Positions 56,701-64,000 of a stretch of DNA of 64,000 bases are shown here, piece by piece. A model generated the notes under the pieces. The model was not told the origin of the DNA, made no database searches, and saw only the letters and a program-made list of their open reading frames with translations. This DNA comes from Candidatus Omnitrophota bacterium (GTDB taxonomy: Bacteria; Omnitrophota; Gorgyraeia; 2-01-FULL-45-10). A program made the position numbers and the translations under genes. The stretch covers positions 2,287 through 66,286 of the forward strand of contig JAQUSB010000007.1 of NCBI GenBank assembly GCA_028715345.1. The letters run 5' to 3'. Position 1 is the first letter of the stretch. Every line of letters begins with the position of its first letter.

Positions 56701-58557
56701 CGCTTCCGCAAAAACATCGCGTTCTCCTTCGTCATAGGCCGCTTCCTTAATAATATTAATAATTGCCTTATCCGTATAATCAGCGATCAGCTTTTTATGC
56801 TCTCTCACGTAATCCGCTAATCTGGGCAATGCTTCTCTATACGCCGGCGAGTACCTGTCTACCATTTTATAAGCGGTTGCCAAATATTTTTTTATGAAAT
56901 TCACATAAGGATCTGAAGCGTTAGAACCGTCTCTTTGTAATGTATCGCGACTTCTCTCAAGCATTAAATACTCTAGGGAGCCTTCCGGTATCCGCGTTTT
57001 AAGCGCCTTATCCAGATCTTCTATAAGCGCCTCTACTTCAGAACTTCGTTTTTCGACAGATGGCTGAGCTGCTTTTATTCTATCAATATCCGCCCCCGAC
57101 GCAGGTCTGACCACGCCGGTCGCAATAGACTGATATGTAAAATTATGATAGCGATTGGTCAGATCTTCTCTCACACGAATCGTATCGCCGTGTTTTTCGG
57201 ACACATACCCTATGCTTTCCCTGCCACCTTGTGTAATAATTACGGGCGAGCCAGTTTTGATGTTCTTGAATACAGATTCCGGCGATTGCTGGCGTCTGCT
57301 CTTGGTCGGGCTTTTGCCGCCGTCGTTTTTCGCGGGAAAACCGAAATTCGCCGCCGGGAAAGAAAGGTCCGATATAATAGTATCGGCCAGGAAACGCGCC
57401 GATATCGGACCTAAATTTGTTAATTCATGTAAACGGCTGGCCACAAGCCCCATTGCCTGCTCTTTTCTATCATACTTCTCAGCTTTTATTCTTTGCGCTA
57501 TATAATTCAGAAGGACGGCATCGCGGCTTAATTGCAAACCATCGACATTATAATCTCTGCCGAGAAGGAGCGGTCTTTGCATATTTGCAAGATATGCCAG
57601 TATCCTATCCCGCGACTGCCGGGACAATTCCGGCCAATAGTCATGCCCGGCTACTACAGCCGACATCCCGGTGGTATCTTGAGCGGCGGCTTTAGCGCGT
57701 ACTGCGCGCTCTCCATAATACTTGTCATTCATTAAAAGCGCTAATTGCTTGGCTTTCTGCCGTAAAGCGGGGTCACCCTTAATGCTTTTAAACTCATCGT
57801 TAAGCTTCAGTTTCGCGGCTTCATCGTTTTCGAATATCCAGTCGATCCTTCCTGCCAATATGTTGTTGTTATAACGCACCATATTGGAATTAGCGTATGA
57901 GTGTAAAAACCACATCCATACGGCGTCACTGAGCCAGTCTTCCTGCGGGTCATCAGCGGCAACTCTCTTTGTTACGCGTTTCAATAATTCAGACGCGGCG
58001 GAAGTTGAGCCCTGTCCTTGTCTGGGCGAATTCTTAGGGTCTTTAAAATCGATCATTATATCGTTTTTCGCAAGACCATCGAACATAGCCACGAAATTCT
58101 CATCGAAGATCACCGTGACCTTACCGCCTGCCTTTGACCTCTTGAATATTGGAAGCACACCCGGCTCCGCATCGGACACATCTCTACGGAGGTCGCCTTT
58201 TATCACTTCTACATTCGATATTCCGGAATCGGCAAGCCTGGATTTAGCTAATGTGAGGAAAGACGGCATTTCCCATCCGGGAGGAGTCTTATCTGTGGTT
58301 GCACCCGGCCTAATCTCGATACCTTCGATAGGCACAAGCCCAGTGCTTGGAATAAAATTTATCGGAAGGACCGCATCAAAATCGACACGAACATGGCTGG
58401 CATTTGCGAGAAGATAATCGGCCATATCGACCATGGCCGCCTGGGTAGGCTCATTTCTCGACCCGGGCATAGGGCTCAGGCCGTAAGCGACGCTGTTAAA
58501 GATAAAGAGTATAGCGACAACTAAAGATATTATCCTGTTCGTCATAGTAATTTTCAT
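53671..58557 (-). CDS. upstream ORF of the frameshift-split giant gene (1,628 aa); signal peptide; repeat-module protein
   Basis: MKITMTNRIISLVVAILFIFNSVAYG signal peptide. The C-terminus (SFIRLARLTAVSDDTFSKTSRWYA ... MLLSLSW) is the first half of a ~230-aa module whose second half (NHPLVWDHLIGTL ... AALNGDPRY) is read in the overlapping frame of 47381..53779. Confidence 0.75.
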   Translation of the reverse strand: MKITMTNRIISLVVAILFIFNSVAYGLSPMPGSRNEPTQAAMVDMADYLLANASHVRVDFDAVLPINFIPSTGLVPIEGIEIRPGATTDKTPPGWEMPSFLTLAKSRLADSGISNVEVIKGDLRRDVSDAEPGVLPIFKRSKAGGKVTVIFDENFVAMFDGLAKNDIMIDFKDPKNSPRQGQGSTSAASELLKRVTKRVAADDPQEDWLSDAVWMWFLHSYANSNMVRYNNNILAGRIDWIFENDEAAKLKLNDEFKSIKGDPALRQKAKQLALLMNDKYYGERAVRAKAAAQDTTGMSAVVAGHDYWPELSRQSRDRILAYLANMQRPLLLGRDYNVDGLQLSRDAVLLNYIAQRIKAEKYDRKEQAMGLVASRLHELTNLGPISARFLADTIISDLSFPAANFGFPAKNDGGKSPTKSRRQQSPESVFKNIKTGSPVIITQGGRESIGYVSEKHGDTIRVREDLTNRYHNFTYQSIATGVVRPASGADIDRIKAAQPSVEKRSSEVEALIEDLDKALKTRIPEGSLEYLMLERSRDTLQRDGSNASDPYVNFIKKYLATAYKMVDRYSPAYREALPRLADYVREHKKLIADYTDKAIINIIKEAAYDEGERDVFAEAGRFLAAWERIYKGKRTFKLIAKTRAYAEYIVLKWRYTQFRLKLLGHTRIILDEPSAGKPRTRPGKSAEAALIVLAHTPELQNEPFSVADYLDKGYAKFVKEHPEFRFDAPAENRKSALQTARRDLLDLAFHPEKRYRVIRELSEKGPNGSLLFRVDDPAKLTASVESGASKKGTAFTADFEKRMGEALRAEDRRAIERLVVENPSGAILLRTFLTYLEPMTRESANWPRVFSIDQLEMLDRIIRERMRIRAQQSDFKYWIPLYKRIEMFEEILHERIRPRARQNDFKYWMSLSKRAHDKIVASLKECRDIKKAWLYDATLLDNIARLTKAKTDDDKNAAMLLIKGRLRELGLDPNKSEKVTVDLVLKYISGTANDFGFAGTGKPVESAVTAVADEDQAGYWSGLTAQRQNRIKEGVDEWAMNAGWRGDRLDAVLLNSIARLVTAKEDAEKAHAAVLIAECLQGLGVADPVNQAMLLISSVRASGANFGSEILRRVPERDVKTVTDNLGKFMAEPGYQAWGIIYVSLKTAAMRSESGYEIATRIGSGTYSIRNRNNENIVLPSELIWAAKHKLNNIDEIRITPAVIDHHKDTLEFILANFRAILEERDRLAKVNGVRHFAIKIDNVIIEPRWIDAGAISHYWIRTEEEKTVYGISGNNKHTYLKDDKNTDLPTPPWKTVGVSRKDVLKHYNIDETAREDLDITRMTIGLGQALEGLSRFPDNDQGERVSLTSSVYKLLSSSKSSPLNSGTPINKGDILEINMDEGPEFHICTEVSGGHISVVAVGQYKLIPMGAERHNYDGPRETKVVHVSGDKLDHLSELTQEARDLLAEVQTTEDVRRGDKVSAAESAHRQLAELENKPRWEAADVISFIRLARLTAVSDDTFSKTSRWYAFDGIDSCVIISVRNIPVTNNKQVCVGRYSVARPYDFVFYAEADSIEPELAKAQAGASQLSDTDYFNENSTLSMREQLVAQDLWVAGIDHIYSYPTDSRMLLSLSWVSNLIILSYGII

Positions 58558-58610
58558 TTTTCGTTTTCCTTTTCGATTATATCGAAGTTTTTAAACATTT
58601 TTATTAAAAC
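58558..58610 (-). promoter_or_regulatory. putative promoter/RBS of the giant gene (TATAAT, then AAGGAAAA RBS 8 nt before the ATG)
   Basis: Minus strand: ...TTCGATATAATCGAAAAGGAAAACGAAAAATG. Confidence 0.35.
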
Positions 58611-58642
58611 AAAAAACGCTCGGCAAATTTTGCCAAGCGTTT
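58606..58642 (-). terminator. intrinsic terminator after the HAD hydrolase gene (imperfect palindrome ACGCTCGGCAAA/TTTGCCAAGCGT, then TTTTTGTTTT)
   Basis: Seen directly. Confidence 0.5.
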
Positions 58643-58707
58643 TGACTCGTTTGTAAAAAACAAATGTAGTGTTAGTTTACCATATGAGGAGTGCTTGTCA
58701 AGAAAGT

Positions 58708-59316
58708 TTAGATAACTTTTTTGAATCTTAACATTTCTCTGAGATCGGCCGAATTTTTGAATCTGATAGAGTCGATGCCTATGTTTTTCGCCGCGCTTAT
58801 AAGATCTTCCCTGTCGTCGATATAAAGTATGCCGGACTTATCTCCGCCGGCGCGTCTTATTACATCGTCGTATATCGGCCGCTCGGGCTTCATCGAACCT
58901 ATCACGAATGAAAGTATCAGTTCGTCAAACTCTTTTATGATATCGAATTTTTTCTCTATATGTTCGAAGTGCAGGCGGTTCACGTTTGACAGTAGAAAAA
59001 GCTTGTAGTTATCTTTAAGTTCTTTTACGATACTGCAGGTACCTTCATCCGCCCAGAAAATGTCATTCCATATTTTTACAAAATCTTCGTACGGCAGTTT
59101 TATGCCGAGCTGTTCCGAAGCCTTATCATAAAACTGACTCGGAGACAACTCGCCTTTTTCGAAGGCCCTCGTTATCTCCGAGTCAAAGAATAGGTCGTAA
59201 ATTTTCTTATGCTCCAGCCTGAAAAGATTCGAGATCTTTTTGGCCGCTATATTGTGGTCAAATCTTATAACGGTGTTACCCAGGTCGAATACTATGGTAT
59301 TGTATTTATTTTTCAC
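58708..59316 (-). CDS. HAD-superfamily hydrolase
   Basis: FDLGNT (DxG) motif I and a C-terminal DD motif. Confidence 0.7.
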   Translation of the reverse strand: MKNKYNTIVFDLGNTVIRFDHNIAAKKISNLFRLEHKKIYDLFFDSEITRAFEKGELSPSQFYDKASEQLGIKLPYEDFVKIWNDIFWADEGTCSIVKELKDNYKLFLLSNVNRLHFEHIEKKFDIIKEFDELILSFVIGSMKPERPIYDDVIRRAGGDKSGILYIDDREDLISAAKNIGIDSIRFKNSADLREMLRFKKVI

Positions 59317-59330
59317 TTAAAGCTTCGTTT

Positions 59331-59579
59331 CTATTTCATGCCCTTCATATGCATGCCGCAATGTTTCATCATCTTGCAGTGCGGGCAGCCCTTACCGATA
59401 TCTTTCATGCAGGCGTAGGGCGACATGATAAGCCCCGACAGAAGCGTCAACGCTATTATAGCGGCTCCTAGCGTATAACCTACGGTCTTCAGGACGGCTG
59501 TCTGCTTTTTAGCCACTACGCACAGAATATAGCCCAATGCCAGAGACATAAAAAACATAAATATCTCTTTCATCCACAT
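59331..59579 (-). CDS. small membrane protein with Cys/His/Met-rich C-terminus (metal-binding candidate)
   Basis: Two TM helices, then GCPHCKMMKHCGMHMKGMK. Confidence 0.4.
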   Translation of the reverse strand: MWMKEIFMFFMSLALGYILCVVAKKQTAVLKTVGYTLGAAIIALTLLSGLIMSPYACMKDIGKGCPHCKMMKHCGMHMKGMK

Positions 59580-59594
59580 AGCTACCCCCTTTTG

Positions 59595-60332
59595 TTAGTA
59601 CGTTACCCGCACCATACACAGGCCCTTTGCGGGCATTGTAGGGCCCGAAAACCGCCTGTCCTGTTTTGCTATGATCTCTTTTATTGCCGATGCCTTAATT
59701 TTGCCCCGGCCTATCTCAACGAGCGTACCTACGATGCTCCGGGCCATGTTGTACAAAAACCCGTTGGCCTCTATGTAAATATACACTAAATCCCCGTCTT
59801 TTTCAATTTTAATGTCCTTTATCGTCCTGACGGAATTCTTCTTTTCGCCGTCGACTGCTTTGAATGCCCTGAAGTCATGCCTGCCTACTAAATATTTCGC
59901 GGCTTTCTTCATCAGCCCTATATTGAGCTTGTAGAAACACTTCGCGGCGAAGTGGCGGATCAAAGGGTCCATATAATCGTTATTCATTATCGTGTAGCGG
60001 TAAAGCTTGGACTTGGCGCTCTTCTGAGAGTTGAATTTGGGGCGGGCTTCCTCTATATATATGATAGCGATGTCCCTGGGAAGCATGCTATTGAGCGCAA
60101 GCTGCAGTTTCTCAAGCGGTATCTTCGACTTTGTCCTGAAATTCGCCACCTGCGCTTCGGCGTGGACGCCTGCGTCCGTCCTGCCGGAGCCGATGAGGTT
60201 AACACGCTCGCCGGTTATTCTTTTAATTATACCCTGGATAACGTCCTGTATGGCAAGGCCGTTCTTCTGCGATTGCCATCCGGCGTAGCGCGTCCCATCG
60301 TAGCGTATTGTGAGCTTAATATTTCGCATCAA
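59595..60332 (-). CDS. truA: tRNA pseudouridine(38-40) synthase
   Basis: GSGRTDAGVHA catalytic Asp motif. Confidence 0.85.
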   Translation of the reverse strand: MMRNIKLTIRYDGTRYAGWQSQKNGLAIQDVIQGIIKRITGERVNLIGSGRTDAGVHAEAQVANFRTKSKIPLEKLQLALNSMLPRDIAIIYIEEARPKFNSQKSAKSKLYRYTIMNNDYMDPLIRHFAAKCFYKLNIGLMKKAAKYLVGRHDFRAFKAVDGEKKNSVRTIKDIKIEKDGDLVYIYIEANGFLYNMARSIVGTLVEIGRGKIKASAIKEIIAKQDRRFSGPTMPAKGLCMVRVTY

Positions 60333-60335
60333 ATT

Positions 60336-61334
60336 TTACAGCAGTTCGGCGATCTGGATGGCGTTGAGAGCGGCGCCTTTACGGATATTGTCGGCAACGA
60401 CCCACATCGAAAGGCCGTTCTTTATCGACTCGTCCTGCCTGACCCTGCCGACTAAAGTCGCGTCTTTGCCTTCGGCGTCTATCGGCATCGGGTAAACCTT
60501 ATTGTGCGGATCGTCTACAAGTTTTACGCCCGGCGCTTTCAGGAGAAGCTCTCTGGCCTCATTCGCGCTTATATATTCTTTAGTCTCGATATTGACGCTC
60601 TCCGAATGCGCGTAAAATACCGGCACCCTGACGCAGGTGGCATTCACCCGGATGGAATCATCGCCCATGATCTTTCTTGTCTCATGGACCATCTTCATCT
60701 CTTCCTTGGTATAATCGTTGTCCATGAACACGTCTATCTGCGGGAGCAGGTTAAAAGCTATCTGGTATGGAAATTCCGCGGGTTTAAAGGGTTTATTGGC
60801 AAGCCATGCTGCGGTCTGTTCACGAAGTTCATTGACCTTCTTCTGTCCGCCGCCCGAAACCGACTGGAAAGTGGTAACGACTATCCTCTTTATCTTTGCC
60901 TTTTTGTGTATAGGTGCGAGCGCCACGACCATTTGTATGGTCGAGCAATTAGGGTTCGCGATTATGCCTTTGTGCTTCTTTATATCCTGAGGGTTGACCT
61001 CGGGGACGACGAGCGGCACTTCTTTATCCATCCTGAAGGCGCTCGAATTGTCGATGCAGACCGCGCCCGCCTTTACCGCGCTCGGCAGAAATTCGAGAGA
61101 GCGCGAAGCGCCCGCCGACGCGAGCACTATATCGACGCCGTCGAAAGAGTTGTGGGTCAAAATCTCGACAGGATATTCTTTGCCCATAAATTTTAAGGCT
61201 TTGCCCTTCGAGCGTTCCGACGCCAATAGCTTGAGGTTTTTTATAGGAAATTTGCGCTCTTCGAGTATCCTCAAAAAAGAGTTTCCTACGGCGCCTGTCG
61301 CGCCCATCACCGCTACGTTGTAGTTTTTCGACAT
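60336..61334 (-). CDS. asd: aspartate-semialdehyde dehydrogenase
   Basis: VAVMGATGAVG Rossmann fold; active-site Cys region. Confidence 0.85.
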   Translation of the reverse strand: MSKNYNVAVMGATGAVGNSFLRILEERKFPIKNLKLLASERSKGKALKFMGKEYPVEILTHNSFDGVDIVLASAGASRSLEFLPSAVKAGAVCIDNSSAFRMDKEVPLVVPEVNPQDIKKHKGIIANPNCSTIQMVVALAPIHKKAKIKRIVVTTFQSVSGGGQKKVNELREQTAAWLANKPFKPAEFPYQIAFNLLPQIDVFMDNDYTKEEMKMVHETRKIMGDDSIRVNATCVRVPVFYAHSESVNIETKEYISANEARELLLKAPGVKLVDDPHNKVYPMPIDAEGKDATLVGRVRQDESIKNGLSMWVVADNIRKGAALNAIQIAELL

Positions 61335-61336
61335 TT

Positions 61337-62398
61337 TTACAGATTCTCCACTACGAGATCCCCGACCTCTTCGGTCGAGTACCCCATCTTCCCCGCCGCA
61401 AGGCTTTTTAGTTTGCCGGTCGAGACTTTTATGACAGACGCCTCTACGGCCTTTGCCGCTTTCTCTTCGCCCAAATTATCGAGCATCATTCCCGCGGCGC
61501 ATATCGCGGCGAGAGGATTGATCACGTGCTTACCTGTGTACTTAGGGGCGGATCCGCCTATAGGCTCGAACATCGAAACGCCTTCGGGGTTGATATTACC
61601 GCCGGCCGCGATGCCCATCCCGCCCTGGATCATTGCGCCCAGGTCGGTGATGATGTCGCCGAAAAGATTATCGGTCACGATGACGTCGAACCACTCCGGA
61701 TTTTTCACGAACCACATCGTCGTCGCGTCTACGTGCGCGTAATCGGTCTGGACGTCCGGGTAATCTTTTTTAACTTCGTCAAATGTCCTCTGCCACAGGT
61801 CCCAGGCGTAAGTGAGAACATTTGTCTTCCCGCAAAGTGTCAGCTTTTTTCTCTTATTGCGTTTTTGCGCGAGCTTGAACGCGTAACGGATACAGCGCTC
61901 GACGCCTTTACGCGTATTGTAAGAGATCTGTATCGCGACCTCGTCTTTGGTGCCCTTCTTCTGGAATTCTCCCATGCCCTTGTAAAGCCCTTCGGAATTC
62001 TCGCGCACGACGACGAAATCGATGTCTTCCGGTTTTTTATCTTTCAACGGGCAGAAGGCGGAACTGTATAATTTCACAGGCCTTAAATTAATATACTGGT
62101 CGAGGCCGAATCTGGTTTTGAGCAAAATACCCTGTTCAAGTATGCCCGGCTTCACGTCGGGGTGGCCTATCGCCCCTAAAAATATCGCGTCGAATTTTTT
62201 AAGCTCGGCGAGGTCTTTGTCGTCGATCGTCTTACCCGTCTTTAAGTATCTCGCGCCGCCGTAATCGAACATCTCCGTCGTATAATTAAATCCGAATTTC
62301 TTCGACGCGGCTTTTAGGACCTTCAATCCCTCGGCCACTACTTCCGGCCCTGTCCCGTCTCCGCCGATAACCGCTATCTTGTAATTTTTTGCAGCCAT
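61337..62398 (-). CDS. leuB: 3-isopropylmalate dehydrogenase
   Basis: IAVIGGDGTGPEV; IDH/IMDH family. Adjacent to leuDC. Confidence 0.8.
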   Translation of the reverse strand: MAAKNYKIAVIGGDGTGPEVVAEGLKVLKAASKKFGFNYTTEMFDYGGARYLKTGKTIDDKDLAELKKFDAIFLGAIGHPDVKPGILEQGILLKTRFGLDQYINLRPVKLYSSAFCPLKDKKPEDIDFVVVRENSEGLYKGMGEFQKKGTKDEVAIQISYNTRKGVERCIRYAFKLAQKRNKRKKLTLCGKTNVLTYAWDLWQRTFDEVKKDYPDVQTDYAHVDATTMWFVKNPEWFDVIVTDNLFGDIITDLGAMIQGGMGIAAGGNINPEGVSMFEPIGGSAPKYTGKHVINPLAAICAAGMMLDNLGEEKAAKAVEASVIKVSTGKLKSLAAGKMGYSTEEVGDLVVENL

Positions 62399-62399
62399 T

Positions 62400-62894
62400 T
62401 TACTTTTTCCCTTTTCTCTTTAACGACTCCATAAGCCCGCCCGATGAAAATATCTTCTGCATGAACGGCGGATATTTCTCTATTTTATAACTCTCTTTTC
62501 TGGTCAAATTTTTTATGACGCCCGCTTTCGTGTCGACCAGAACAAGGTCTTTAGCCCTTATGCGCTCCGCAGCCTCTTTCGACTCTATTATAGGAAGGGC
62601 GGTATTTATACTGTTGCGGAAAAATATCCTGGCGAAACTTTCGGCTATTACGCACGAGATACCCGCTGCCTTTATCGCTATGGGCGCGTGCTCTCTCGAC
62701 GAGCCGCAGCCGAAATTTCTTCCGCCTACCATTATGTCGCCGGGCTTCACCTTTTTCATGAAATCTTTATCTATATGTTCCATGCAATGGCTCGCGAGCT
62801 CTTTTTTATCGGTAGTATTGAGATATTTCGCGGCGATTATGTCGTCTGTATTTATGTCCGTGCCGAATTTATGCGCGTGCCCTTTATATGCCAT
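62400..62894 (-). CDS. leuD: 3-isopropylmalate dehydratase small subunit
   Basis: 164 aa. Aconitase swivel domain. Confidence 0.85.
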   Translation of the reverse strand: MAYKGHAHKFGTDINTDDIIAAKYLNTTDKKELASHCMEHIDKDFMKKVKPGDIMVGGRNFGCGSSREHAPIAIKAAGISCVIAESFARIFFRNSINTALPIIESKEAAERIRAKDLVLVDTKAGVIKNLTRKESYKIEKYPPFMQKIFSSGGLMESLKRKGKK

Positions 62895-62895
62895 A

Positions 62896-64000
62896 TTACA
62901 TCACCTCTCCCGGATGCGTGATCTTGCCGGTGACGGCTGTCGCCGCGGCCACGGCCGGGTTCGACAGGTAAACGCCGCTATTCGGGTGGCCCATCCGCCC
63001 CGTGAAATTCCTGTTCGTCGTCGCTATCGCGACCTCTCCCTCGGCGAGGATACCCATATGCCCGCCTAAGCACGGCCCGCAGGTAGGCGTCGAGAATACG
63101 CCTCCGGCATCGACGAATATCTTTGCCAGCCCTTCGTTCACGCATTCCAAATATATCTTCTGGGTCGCCGGTATCACTATTAAACGGACGCCCGCTTTCA
63201 CCTTTTTGCCGCGCAGGACTTTCGCGGCCGATCTCATGTCGGAGATCCTGCCGTTCGTGCAGGAGCCTATCACGACCTGGTCTACCGCGACGTTCTTTAA
63301 TTTACTTACGGGCTTTGTGTTGCTCGGCAGGTTCGGACATGATACGACAGGCTCTTTTATTTTGCGCACATCGTATTCTTTAACGGCTGCGTACTTCGCG
63401 TCCTTATCGCTTGAATAAATTTTGCCCAAACCGGCGCGCGGCTTATTCTTTATCGCCCTTACATACTGCGCCGTTATCCTGTCGGGCGCTATGATACCGT
63501 TCTTACCGCCGGCCTCTATCGCCATGTTACACATGCTAAGACGATCGTCCATCGGCAGGTTTTCTATCGTCTCACCGCAGAATTCCATCGCCATATACCG
63601 GGCGCCGTCGACGCCGATATCGCCTATTGTGTGGAGGATCAGGTCCTTACCGCCGACCCATTTATTCAGGCGGCCGTAATATACGAACTTCATCGATTCC
63701 GGGACTTTAAGCCAGCATTCGCCCGTGACCATCGCCGCCGCGAGATCGGTAGAGCCTACGCCCGACGAGAAAGCACCGAGCGCGCCGTATGTGCAGGTAT
63801 GCGAATCCGCGCCTATCACGAGGTCGCCCGGCAGGACAAGCCCCATCTCCGGCAGTAACGCGTGCTCTATGCCCATCCGCCCTATCTCGAAATAATTTTT
63901 AACATCGTATTTCTTCGCGAAGCCGGCGAGCACTTTGCACTGATTGGCGCTCTTCATGTCCTTCGCCGGCGCGAAATGGTCGGGCACCAGCACGACCTTC
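62896..64000 (-). CDS. leuC: 3-isopropylmalate dehydratase large subunit (5' end beyond window)
   Basis: Aconitase-family Cys ligands (CTNGR, GSCTNG-like). The frame stays open upstream of the track's GTG start, to the right window edge. Confidence 0.8.
   Translation of the reverse strand, partial: KVVLVPDHFAPAKDMKSANQCKVLAGFAKKYDVKNYFEIGRMGIEHALLPEMGLVLPGDLVIGADSHTCTYGALGAFSSGVGSTDLAAAMVTGECWLKVPESMKFVYYGRLNKWVGGKDLILHTIGDIGVDGARYMAMEFCGETIENLPMDDRLSMCNMAIEAGGKNGIIAPDRITAQYVRAIKNKPRAGLGKIYSSDKDAKYAAVKEYDVRKIKEPVVSCPNLPSNTKPVSKLKNVAVDQVVIGSCTNGRISDMRSAAKVLRGKKVKAGVRLIVIPATQKIYLECVNEGLAKIFVDAGGVFSTPTCGPCLGGHMGILAEGEVAIATTNRNFTGRMGHPNSGVYLSNPAVAAATAVTGKITHPGEVM

Noticed and set aside
100-64000. 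Mobile elements (IS, transposase, integrase) flanking the AT-rich giant gene
   Set aside because: No transposase- or integrase-like ORF and no terminal inverted repeats were found. The compositional shift alone does not justify calling a mobile element.

Overview
This 64-kb window has an extreme strand bias: every gene I can support, and the one tRNA, lies on the minus strand. The backbone at 11.1-47.3 kb and 58.6-64 kb is housekeeping and biosynthetic. It runs (in minus-strand order) leuCDB-asd-truA, rplM-rpsI, an argC-J-B-D-F-G-H block, lysA-dapF-dapA-dapB-dapL, folK-panC-nadA-nadX, ttcA, uvrA, a TPR protein with exbB/exbD, cutA, tRNA-Ala(CGC), a MEMO-like/AMMECR1 fusion, rsmE, a MiaB-family methylthiotransferase, fabG-acpP-fabF, and acd-etfB-etfA. 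Two giant genes interrupt this backbone.

(1) Positions 1..10937 (-) hold a single AT-rich reading frame of at least 3,645 codons. It starts at an ATG at 10937 and runs off the left edge of the window. That is why the supplied ORF track shows nothing for it: an ORF finder needs an in-window stop. I translated it by hand. It is modular. Four near-identical 62-73-bp direct repeats, plus one degenerate copy, encode a Pro-rich linker (AAVKPEQPSTPAAGVAPQGPSPII). The modules they separate contain an N-terminal signal anchor, two HExxH motifs (HEFTH and HEWTH), a caspase-like GHG...SC dyad, and a processive GT2 glycosyltransferase (DSD ... QWARW) set among many TM helices. The ORF also carries two 57-nt palindromic units with perfect 13-bp stems.

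(2) Positions 47381..58557 (-) hold a second giant gene of about 3,700 codons. The track shows it as two ORFs overlapping by 109 nt. An internally duplicated ~230-aa module spans the junction in two frames, so this is one gene interrupted by a frameshift near 53.69-53.71 kb. It carries an embedded hexokinase-family domain (LFLDLGGTNFRVGL, GFTFSF).

No CRISPR array, IS element or rRNA was found. Several intrinsic terminators are visible. The organism is probably an uncultivated anaerobe; giant ORFs of this kind are typical of Omnitrophota-like lineages, but that assignment is only a guess.
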